Source: a virus. Taken from it: 42,342 bases of DNA. The DNA is taken from positions 1-42,342 of IMG/VR virus record IMGVR_UViG_3300013122_000002; one strand, 5' to 3'. Made by a program: the position numbers and the translations under genes. The notes beneath the pieces are model-generated. The model had not been told where the DNA came from and made no database searches. It saw nothing but the letters and a program-made list of their open reading frames with translations. Within the stretch, counting starts at the first letter, position 1. Every line of letters begins with the position of its first letter. Shown here in pieces: positions 31,624-38,746 of the stretch.

Positions 31624-32664
31624 ATGCCTTTAGAATTAACACAAAGCGATATTGCGGTACTCAATAAAGAACACGGCGTTATCTTCGGTCGTGGCGCTCA
31701 GGTATTAACGGATGCAAAGAAAGCGAACCTAGCAATGGCTATGGATGCTGAGCTTGTGCCAGGATCATTAGTTACCAATCCTAATGGTGGTTTTCCTGCG
31801 CTATTTACCACATGGGTTGATCCGAATTTAATCGAAGTGCTTGTGTCACCTATGAAAATGGGTGAAGCGTTCGGCGAAGTTAAAAAAGGCAACTGGACTA
31901 GCTCACTTGTTCAATTCCCTGTTATTGAGTCAGTAGGTGAAACTTCAACCTATGGCGATTTCAATGATAACGGTATGTCAGGTGTTAACGTGCAATACCC
32001 ATCACGCCAACCGTACCACTATCAAACGGTTATTCGTGTTGGTGAGTATGAGCAGGAAATGGCGGGTGAAGCGCGTATCGACTGGTCAAGCCGTAAACAA
32101 ATTTCTGCTGCATTGACGCTTAACAAGTTCCAAAACCATTCATACATCTACGGTATTGATGGCTTGGCTAACTACGGCATGATCAACGATCCTAGCTTAT
32201 TGCCTGCGGTAACTGGTGGTAACTGGGAAACATTAGTTGCTGAAGATATTTTCAATGACTTCGGTAAATTGTTTAAAAAGCTGATCGCTCAAACTGAGGG
32301 ATTGGTAGACAACGAAACAACAATGACTTGCTTGCTTTCTCCACTAATGAAAGCGCAATTTACTAAGACAAACCAATTCGGTTTAAACCTTGGCGCATTG
32401 TTCAAAGAACATTACCCGAACTTACGTTTCGTTACTATTCCTGAATACAGCACCCCAACAGGTGAAACTATTCAGTTAATCGTTGATGAGTACGAAGGTC
32501 AGAAAACTGTTGAAATGTCATTCACTGAAAAAATGCGTACCCATCCGCTAATTCAGGACATGTCAGGCTTCAAGCAAAAACGCTCACAAGGTACTTTAGG
32601 CGCAATCCTTTACCGCCCTGCGTTTGTTGCTACTATGGATGCGACTTCAACTCCTGCACCGTAA
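31624..32664 (+). CDS. major capsid protein (DUF2184 / encapsulin-like)
   Basis: 346 aa with a GAGGA SD. The position after DUF2213 is canonical. Followed by a strong terminator. Confidence 0.8.
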   Translation: MPLELTQSDIAVLNKEHGVIFGRGAQVLTDAKKANLAMAMDAELVPGSLVTNPNGGFPALFTTWVDPNLIEVLVSPMKMGEAFGEVKKGNWTSSLVQFPVIESVGETSTYGDFNDNGMSGVNVQYPSRQPYHYQTVIRVGEYEQEMAGEARIDWSSRKQISAALTLNKFQNHSYIYGIDGLANYGMINDPSLLPAVTGGNWETLVAEDIFNDFGKLFKKLIAQTEGLVDNETTMTCLLSPLMKAQFTKTNQFGLNLGALFKEHYPNLRFVTIPEYSTPTGETIQLIVDEYEGQKTVEMSFTEKMRTHPLIQDMSGFKQKRSQGTLGAILYRPAFVATMDATSTPAP

Positions 32665-32680
32665 CCAGCAAGCCTAAATT

Positions 32681-32713
32681 AAAGGTATCATCGTTTTGGT
32701 GATACCTTTTTTT
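32681..32713 (+). terminator. intrinsic terminator after the capsid gene
   Basis: AAAGGTATCA-N9-TGATACCTTT followed by T7. Confidence 0.85.
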
Positions 32714-32719
32714 ATTGTA

Positions 32720-32728
32720 TGTTAGAAT
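32720..32728 (+). promoter_or_regulatory. extended -10 promoter TGTTAGAAT
   Basis: TGn plus TAGAAT directly after the capsid terminator, 26 nt before ATG 32754. Confidence 0.4.
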
Positions 32729-32753
32729 GAATTATCTTTTGGGAGAACAGAAA

Positions 32754-33086
32754 ATGTCTACAGTTACAGTATTATGCAAAAAGCCTTATGGTGTTGAATT
32801 GCAAGTTGGTAATCAGAAAGTCGTCTTAAACGGCTACAACAGCTCTGCCGTTGCTCACGGCTATGGCATCACTGAAAACGTGCCTAAAGAGTTGTGGGAT
32901 GCATGGGTAGAACAACACAAAGGTCATAAGCTCTATACGTCAGGTTGTATTGCCGCACAAGAAACTACACGAAATGCCAAAGCTCAGGCGAAAGATACAG
33001 CCGAGCTAAAAACTGGCACTGAGCGCATTAAGCAAGGCAAACATGCAGGCGTTGAGAAAGATGCCGATGCAGGTAAAGGCGTATAA
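32754..33086 (+). CDS. hypothetical head/connector-module protein
   Basis: 110 aa from ATG 32754 with a GGGAG SD. Confidence 0.6.
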   Translation: MSTVTVLCKKPYGVELQVGNQKVVLNGYNSSAVAHGYGITENVPKELWDAWVEQHKGHKLYTSGCIAAQETTRNAKAQAKDTAELKTGTERIKQGKHAGVEKDADAGKGV

Positions 33087-33088
33087 CT

Positions 33089-33517
33089 ATGGCAAAAGTC
33101 GTATTCGACCCCGCCCACTTTAAAGAGATTTACCCGCAATTCGCGGGTATTTCCGATACACAATTAGAGTGGTTTTTCAAGAAGTCTGAGCAAATCCTAG
33201 ATAATAGCGAAAATTCTTGTATTGACGAGGATACGCGCCTTATTTGGTTTTACTTGCTTGTTGCTCACTACGCGCAACTACAGACACAGATCCAAAGCGG
33301 AAATTCTGCCGTTGGTCGGATTTCTTCGGCTACTGAGGGTAGTGTTTCTGTTTCGTTGGATTACCCCACTTCTGCCGTTGGTCGTGAAAAATGGTTCAAC
33401 CAAACGCCATACGGTGCAGAATACTGGATGATGACAGCTCCATATCGCACAGGCTTGTATGTTGTGACTAACATTGCCATGCCTGTTGATCGCAGTCGTT
33501 ATCCGCAACCACGGTGA
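33089..33517 (+). CDS. head-tail connector protein (DUF4054-like)
   Basis: 142 aa. The N-terminal FDPAHFKEIYPQFAGISDTQLEWFF resembles DUF4054 proteins. Confidence 0.6.
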   Translation: MAKVVFDPAHFKEIYPQFAGISDTQLEWFFKKSEQILDNSENSCIDEDTRLIWFYLLVAHYAQLQTQIQSGNSAVGRISSATEGSVSVSLDYPTSAVGREKWFNQTPYGAEYWMMTAPYRTGLYVVTNIAMPVDRSRYPQPR

Positions 33518-33520
33518 TAA

Positions 33521-33952
33521 ATGGTCAAGCGTACAGGGCAAGGACTTGCGAGCTATCTTAAAAAACTAGCTCCTGAGTCTACAGGCGCACACGTTAAAGT
33601 CGGTGTGCTAGAAAATTCTAAATATCCCGATGGTACGCCCGTTCCATTGGTGGCTTTTTGGAATGAGTACGGCACACGGACAGCACCGCCCCGACCTTTT
33701 TTTCGAGATACCATCGAACAGAATAAGAAGAATTGGTCTGATATGACTTTACGTGGTATCGGCAGAGGTTTGCCAGTTACCGAAATTTTGGGGCTTGTTG
33801 GTCTCCAAATGCAAACAGACCTACAGACCGCCATCATGACGTTTACAGACCCAAAAAACGCAGATAGCACGGTTGCCAAGAAAGGAACACAGTCGCCATT
33901 GCGTGAAAGTTTACTTCTTCATGATTCAATTAAGTCGCAAGTTGTTGAATAG
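33521..33952 (+). CDS. HK97 gp10-like head-tail joining / tail completion protein
   Basis: 143 aa. ..VGVLENSKYPDGTPVPLVAFWNEYGT..APPRPFFR resembles the HK97 gp10 family. Confidence 0.6.
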   Translation: MVKRTGQGLASYLKKLAPESTGAHVKVGVLENSKYPDGTPVPLVAFWNEYGTRTAPPRPFFRDTIEQNKKNWSDMTLRGIGRGLPVTEILGLVGLQMQTDLQTAIMTFTDPKNADSTVAKKGTQSPLRESLLLHDSIKSQVVE

Positions 33953-33955
33953 TGA

Positions 33956-33964
33956 TGCTATAAT
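33956..33964 (+). promoter_or_regulatory. extended -10 promoter TGCTATAAT of cassette 1
   Basis: Starts 4 nt after the upstream stop codon. Exactly 6 nt separate the hexamer from G33971, the first base of the leader RNA. Confidence 0.6.
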
Positions 33965-33970
33965 AATTAT

Positions 33971-34034
33971 GCGGATAGAGTGACGGCTCGAAAACCAATT
34001 AACCTGATTGGCTTCCGCATTAATATTTCAGGTT
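33971..34034 (+). ncRNA. structured 5' leader RNA (three-way junction + pseudoknot), copy 1 of 4
   Basis: P1 GCGGA/UCCGC. J1/2 UA. P2 GAG-UGACGG-CUC. J2/3 GAAAA. P3 CCAAU-UAACCUG-AUUGG. J3/1 CU. The L3 loop AACCUG pairs with CAGGUU at 34029-34. Confidence 0.8.
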
Positions 34035-34053
34035 ATTGATAGAGGTATCAAGT

Positions 34054-34635
34054 ATGAAATTAGTCCATGGTGTTGGTTTTAATGATAGAAAATATATAAC
34101 AAGAATTGATGGGAAGAACACAGTTCAATACTCATTATGGTTTAATATGGTTGCTAGATGCTACTCTCCACATATGCTTAAAAATCTACCAACATATAGA
34201 GATTGCTTTCTATCTGATAACTTTCTTGATTTTTCATATTTCCATGAGTGGTTTGATAATCAGCATGGGCGAAAGCTGTTCGACCCAAATATAGATAAAG
34301 ATCTAATCTTTAAAGGAAATAAAATATACAGTGAGGATAATTGTTTTATTCTTCCTCCTGAAGTAAACGGATTGTTTATTAAAAGCAACTCCAAGAGGGG
34401 GCTTTATCCAATTGGCGTTAATTTTAGGAAAAATGATAATAAATTTGTCGCACAAGTAAACGCAATGGGGAAGCGAAAGACTATAGGGTACTCAAAAGAT
34501 CCTATGGAATGTTTTTTAATGTACAAATACGCTAAAGAAAAAGAAATTAAGCGTGTAGCTAGTGTGTGGAGAGATCAAATATCTCCTAAAGCTTATGACT
34601 TGCTTATGAGTTATCAAGTTGAGATAACTGATTAA
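34054..34635 (+). CDS. AP2-domain / degenerate HNH_3-like putative homing endonuclease
   Basis: 193 aa from ATG 34054. GVGFND..Y..W.NMVARCY; IDKDLIFKGNKIYSEDNCFILPPEVN; AP2-like GVNFRKNDNKFVAQV...IGYSKDPMECFLMYKYA. Confidence 0.6.
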   Translation: MKLVHGVGFNDRKYITRIDGKNTVQYSLWFNMVARCYSPHMLKNLPTYRDCFLSDNFLDFSYFHEWFDNQHGRKLFDPNIDKDLIFKGNKIYSEDNCFILPPEVNGLFIKSNSKRGLYPIGVNFRKNDNKFVAQVNAMGKRKTIGYSKDPMECFLMYKYAKEKEIKRVASVWRDQISPKAYDLLMSYQVEITD

Positions 34636-34662
34636 TATAAGAAATACTAATTATCTTTTTAA
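34636..34662 (+). repeat. 5' cassette-boundary repeat (homologous to 42115..42140)
   Basis: TATAAGAAATACTAATTATCTTTTTAA versus TATAAGAAATACTGATTATTTTTTAA: one substitution and one indel. Confidence 0.85.
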
Positions 34663-34674
34663 GAGCAATATTAG

Positions 34675-34680
34675 TATTAT
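34675..34680 (+). promoter_or_regulatory. -10 box TATTAT of cassette 2
   Basis: Exactly 6 nt upstream of G34687. Same distance (38 nt) from the boundary motif as in cassette 4. Confidence 0.5.
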
Positions 34681-34686
34681 GAGTAA

Positions 34687-34749
34687 GTGCCTAGATTAGC
34701 TATCGAACATCGGGAAAGCCTACCGACTGGCACACCATATTTTTAGGCT
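34687..34749 (+). ncRNA. structured 5' leader RNA, copy 2 of 4
   Basis: P1 GUGCC/GGCAC. J1/2 UA. P2 GAU-UAGCU-AUC. J2/3 GAACA. P3 UCGG-GAAAGCCUA-CCGA. J3/1 CU. The L3 loop AGCCUA pairs with UAGGCU at 34744-49. Confidence 0.8.
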
Positions 34750-34766
34750 GTAACTGAGGTAGTTAT

Positions 34767-35231
34767 ATGTTTTATAAAGTTGAGTGTGAAGAAACTTTAT
34801 CCTTGATTGATGCATTTATGGAAAAGCGTAATGCATTATATGATCAAGTTAAATTGATTTGTGAAAAGTACGGATTTGAGATGCATCAAACGCATGACAG
34901 TATTCAGTTTGGCATCCAGTTTTACAATATGGTGGCAAACCCAAATACTGAAATTGATAAATCTTTATGGAAGACGAGAAAACAAAAGAATGGGTATTTA
35001 TGCTTATTGCCACGCGCCACAGCAAAGGATCATAAGAAGGAATATGACGCCCTCACCCCAAAACAAGTTGATTATTCAGAGCTAACAAAACTATTAATCA
35101 AGGATGAATTGCCTTGGAATAAGTCTTATGGATACCGCTACAAGAAAGGCGAGTATTTTATGTTTGAAACATCACTACCTGTATCTGATATTGCTATCGA
35201 GATTCTTGGCAGCGAATACAACAAAGAATAA
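34767..35231 (+). CDS. hypothetical accessory protein (cargo of cassette 2)
   Basis: 154-aa ORF with a GAGG SD 7 nt upstream. No family recognised. Confidence 0.7.
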   Translation: MFYKVECEETLSLIDAFMEKRNALYDQVKLICEKYGFEMHQTHDSIQFGIQFYNMVANPNTEIDKSLWKTRKQKNGYLCLLPRATAKDHKKEYDALTPKQVDYSELTKLLIKDELPWNKSYGYRYKKGEYFMFETSLPVSDIAIEILGSEYNKE

Positions 35232-35232
35232 C

Positions 35233-35276
35233 TAGATTAATGCTAAACTAAGCCCTATCAATGATGGGGCTTTTTT
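35233..35276 (+). terminator. 3' cassette-boundary repeat with an intrinsic terminator
   Basis: TAGATTAATGCTAAACTAAGCCCTATC-AAT-GATGGGGCT followed by T6. Homologous to 374-419. The downstream ATG 35277 abuts the T-tract. Confidence 0.8.
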
Positions 35277-35693
35277 ATGTCTATTAAACTAAGAATGATG
35301 GCGAATAGCGTTACAAGGGCAATAAACCCGAATGTAACCAATGCGGATATTTATGTGAACATTGGATCGGAAACAATCGCAGGCGGTAAGGTTGTGCCGA
35401 AATACACCAAGATTGTGAAAGATATTCAGATTCAGGCGATTCAATCAAAAGACCTTGAGCATTTAAACTTGATCAATCAACAAGGCTCATTCTGCTACGG
35501 ATACATTGACGGTATCATTGACCCTATGATACGTGGCTTAGGCACAGGTTTATCCTATGTTGAGTTTGGTGGTGTAAAATGGACTGTCAAATCCGTGGTT
35601 GAGGATTGGCTCAAGTATGCAAGCGGTGACATCGGTAATGCATTGAATGATCAAAATGGCGATTGGGTGAAGGTGGTATTATGGCGGAAGTAG
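35277..35693 (+). CDS. neck / head-closure-like protein
   Basis: 138-aa ORF between the connector genes and the tail sheath. The function is positional. Confidence 0.55.
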   Translation: MSIKLRMMANSVTRAINPNVTNADIYVNIGSETIAGGKVVPKYTKIVKDIQIQAIQSKDLEHLNLINQQGSFCYGYIDGIIDPMIRGLGTGLSYVEFGGVKWTVKSVVEDWLKYASGDIGNALNDQNGDWVKVVLWRK

Positions 35694-36187
35694 ATTTTTT
35701 AGATCAAATGTTTGTTGAAATCTGGAATATGTTCGCTGAAATGTTCCCGACTTTCGATTCAAGCAAGATTGTGTGTGGCTATCAGAACACCCAGCCACTT
35801 CCTATAGATGGAATAGTGATAACCTTTATCACTGAAACTGATTTAGACCAATTGAGCTATTCAGAGGTGACTAATCCCGATTTAATTAGCCAAACTGTAA
35901 CCGTACAGACCGCAGTTAAGACAATGATGCAAGTTGACTGCTATGGCGACTTAGGACAGGCAAGGGCTAGACAAATAGCCACAATGTTTAAAAACCCTTA
36001 TGCATGTGAGCGCCTGCAATCATGTAAGCCGCTAGACTATCGACCGCCTAAGAACCTCTCATTTGTTAATGAAGCATCTGAGTACGAAGCACGATGGATG
36101 GTGGAAATTGATATGCAATACAATCCACACTATACTTATCGTCAAGAATCTACTAAAACAATTACGGTAGATATTAATCCACTTTAA
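35681..36187 (+). CDS. tail completion / sheath-terminator-like protein
   Basis: 168 aa from ATG 35681 with an AAGGTGG SD. Directly upstream of the sheath gene. Confidence 0.55.
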   Translation: MAEVDFLDQMFVEIWNMFAEMFPTFDSSKIVCGYQNTQPLPIDGIVITFITETDLDQLSYSEVTNPDLISQTVTVQTAVKTMMQVDCYGDLGQARARQIATMFKNPYACERLQSCKPLDYRPPKNLSFVNEASEYEARWMVEIDMQYNPHYTYRQESTKTITVDINPL

Positions 36188-36202
36188 GAGGAAATAAGGA
36201 TA

Positions 36203-37672
36203 ATGCTAGCATCCATTCCAGCAAGTGAAATCGTTACGGTACTTCCCTCGGTTCTAGGGGCGGGCGGTACTGCAATGGCACTTAACGCAGTAATCATTAG
36301 TGATGACGTAAAGTTTGTCGCTAAGGAGTATTCAAATGCTGACGCAGTAGGCAATGACTACGGTACAACGTCTGATAAATACGCATTCGCTCAGATTTAT
36401 TTCAATGGCTTTACAGGCTCAACTGTTAAACCATCTGCGCTATTCATTTCTAAATATTCAGCGGTTGACAGTGCTGCGAAATTGACAGGTGCGTCACTGC
36501 GCTCTATGTCGCTTGATCAGTTAAAAGCGATTACAGGCGATATTGGCGTAACTATCGATGGCACTTTAAAAACAGGCACAGTTGATCTTTCTGCCGCTAC
36601 AAGTTTTAGCAATGCTGCTACATTGATTGCGACCGCCTTAACTGCTGCTGTAACCTTTGACACTCAGCTACAGTCGTTTGTTATTGCTTCAGGCACAACT
36701 GGTGCGACAAGTTCTGTCTCGTTCGCTACTGGCGCTGCTGCTGAAGCTTTGGCCTTAACTGAGCTTACAGGTGCGCAATTAGATACCGTGACAACGGTTG
36801 ACACTGCGACTACAGCAATGAAGCGTTTAACCAACTACACATTGAATCTATCAACAGTCGTGGTTGAAACTTCAGCTGCATTAACTGACGATATTCAGAA
36901 AGAGATTGCGACTTGGGTATCTTTGCAAAATCACCGTTATTGGTTGGTTAAATATGGCGAAGAACCAACAGCTTTAATCCCAAATAACACAACCAACTTT
37001 GCGGGCTGGGTTGCTGAAAACAATGTTGCTGATGTGACTTGTGTTTATGGCACACTTGAACATGCGGCTCTATGCGCGGGCTATGCTGCGTCACTAAACT
37101 TTAGTGAGCTTAACGGCCGTACAACAATGGATTTCCGTTCAGCTTCAACATTAGCGCCTAGTGTTACCGATGTGAATGATGCGAATGCCCTTGAATCGAA
37201 CGGATACGCTTATTATGGCGCGTTTGCAACCGCCAATGACCGTTTCATCTTCTTACGCAATTCGATTGTCTCAGGAGAATTTAAGTGGGTTGACGCGTAC
37301 CTAAATCAAGTCTACTTCAACAGCCAATTGCAGTTAGCGCAAATTACTGGTCTGATTGCTAACAAGTCGATTCCATACAATGACGTCGGAAAGTCTAAAG
37401 TACGCGCTTCAGCTCAAGACCCAATTAACGAAATGCTTAACTTTGGTGGTATCCAAACTGGTGTCATCTTATCTGAGCAACAAAAGTCGATTATCAACAA
37501 CGAAGCGGGTGTTGACGCTGCGACTATTATCTTTAATCAGGGCTACTACTTAATGATCCGTGATGCTACCCCGCAGGTTCGCTCTGCACGCGGTTCATTC
37601 CCGATTAAGCTGTGGTACACAGATGGCGGCTCGGTTCACTCGATCAACATTGCTTCAATTAACGTACAGTAA
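36203..37672 (+). CDS. tail sheath protein (DUF3383-like)
   Basis: 489 aa with a GAGGA SD. Its size and its position before the tube, chaperone and tape measure genes fit a sheath. Confidence 0.8.
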   Translation: MLASIPASEIVTVLPSVLGAGGTAMALNAVIISDDVKFVAKEYSNADAVGNDYGTTSDKYAFAQIYFNGFTGSTVKPSALFISKYSAVDSAAKLTGASLRSMSLDQLKAITGDIGVTIDGTLKTGTVDLSAATSFSNAATLIATALTAAVTFDTQLQSFVIASGTTGATSSVSFATGAAAEALALTELTGAQLDTVTTVDTATTAMKRLTNYTLNLSTVVVETSAALTDDIQKEIATWVSLQNHRYWLVKYGEEPTALIPNNTTNFAGWVAENNVADVTCVYGTLEHAALCAGYAASLNFSELNGRTTMDFRSASTLAPSVTDVNDANALESNGYAYYGAFATANDRFIFLRNSIVSGEFKWVDAYLNQVYFNSQLQLAQITGLIANKSIPYNDVGKSKVRASAQDPINEMLNFGGIQTGVILSEQQKSIINNEAGVDAATIIFNQGYYLMIRDATPQVRSARGSFPIKLWYTDGGSVHSINIASINVQ

Positions 37673-37684
37673 GGGGTTTAAAGC

Positions 37685-38125
37685 ATGGCTATTAACAAAA
37701 AGACCTTAACCGCTGCGAACTGTGTCCTACTGTTTCGTTGTGAGGGGATTTACGATTCATACGTTCAGCTCACTGGCTTTCAGGCTGACAACATTTTTAA
37801 CTTAGGCGACATCACACTTGCTCAAACTGTAGCGGGTGCTGATGGTAATTTAAGCGGTGGTTTTGTGTTTAACGCGCAAACTTTCGGCTTGAACCTTGAG
37901 GCGAACTCACCATCATTGGCAATCCTTGAAAACTGCGCTGCGAACTTCCTTGAAAATAAAGAAATCGTTGCGGTTGATTTTCAATTGACTTTACCGTCTG
38001 TCGGTAAGACCGCTTCGTTTAGTGGCTTCTATACTCAGCACTCAGGTGTAAGCGCTACTAAACTTTTACAAGGTAGCCAGTCAGTATTTGAAGTTGACCC
38101 AACATCATTGACGGAGATCGCATAA
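37685..38125 (+). CDS. tail tube protein (DUF3277-like)
   Basis: 146 aa immediately after the sheath gene. Confidence 0.75.
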   Translation: MAINKKTLTAANCVLLFRCEGIYDSYVQLTGFQADNIFNLGDITLAQTVAGADGNLSGGFVFNAQTFGLNLEANSPSLAILENCAANFLENKEIVAVDFQLTLPSVGKTASFSGFYTQHSGVSATKLLQGSQSVFEVDPTSLTEIA

Positions 38126-38126
38126 G

Positions 38127-38543
38127 ATGGCTCGTAAGACTAAAGATTTAGTTATTGCGGACGGTCGTGACAAGGGGAAAACCTTTGTCATTACCGAAAT
38201 GTCTGTGATTGATGCTGACAATTGGGCCAATCGTGCTTTGCTTGCAATGCTTCGCGGTGGTGTTGATGTGGGTAATTTAGACTTCTCAAACGTCAATACA
38301 TCGGGTGGTATGCTTGAGCTTGCCCGTGTTGTAATTGCGGGGCTTGGAAATATGCAAGAACAGATTGCAACCGACCTACTGAATGAGCTTCTTGATTGCG
38401 CTCGTATTGTGCCATCGGGCGGAACTCCACGCGACATCCTTTTAGATTCTGACATTGAGTCAATTAAAACATTATGGCAAATCCGAAAAGAGGCCCTAAT
38501 GATTCATATTGATTTTTTAACAGACGGCAGTTCGCAAGCTTAG
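38127..38543 (+). CDS. tail assembly chaperone (G-like, frame 0 product)
   Basis: 138 aa between the tube and tape measure genes. Contains the slippery heptamer near its 3' end. Confidence 0.75.
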   Translation: MARKTKDLVIADGRDKGKTFVITEMSVIDADNWANRALLAMLRGGVDVGNLDFSNVNTSGGMLELARVVIAGLGNMQEQIATDLLNELLDCARIVPSGGTPRDILLDSDIESIKTLWQIRKEALMIHIDFLTDGSSQA

Positions 38544-38746
38544 GGCAACAAAGCGGACTGTCAATTAATGAAAGTCTGCTTTCTAAGACAGTGAACGTAT
38601 CTGATACCGTGTTTCAAGCCCTACAAACAGGGCTTGTTTCATATACGGACTTAGCATTACACCTAAGCCTAGAGGATGCGTTAAACGTCATAGAGGTGGA
38701 TTTAGTTGCTAAACACAATAAGGCAGTTATAGAGGAGCTTAAATAG
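38127..38746 (+). CDS. tail assembly chaperone, frameshift-extended product (GT-like)
   Basis: Joins frame 0 up to 38519 with the -1 frame ...NRRQFASLGQQSGLSINESLLSKTV...AVIEELK. Its stop overlaps the tape measure GTG (TAGTG). Confidence 0.6.
38513..38519 (+). other. -1 programmed ribosomal frameshift site T_TTT_TTA
   Basis: In frame 0 the codons read GAT TTT TTA. The -1 frame stays open from 38519 to the TAG at 38744-46; 75 codons checked by hand. Confidence 0.7.

Noticed and set aside
33971-34034. Could the leader motif be a hammerhead or another known self-cleaving ribozyme, given its three-way junction with a GAAA strand?
   Set aside because: The hammerhead core needs CUGAUGA on one junction strand and a UH cleavage site. 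Here the junction strands are only UA, GAA(A/C)(A/G) and two pyrimidines in every rotation. The superficial likeness to the pistol ribozyme P1-plus-pseudoknot does not fit the nested P2/P3 helices. I cannot exclude a ribozyme class I do not know.
34636-35276. Integron-like gene cassettes with attC sites
   Set aside because: There is no integrase in the genome and no R''/L''-L'/R' core pattern (RYYYAAC...GTTRRRY). The structured element lies 5' of each ORF at a predicted transcription start. The covariation includes a pseudoknot, which fits RNA rather than a folded attC bottom strand.
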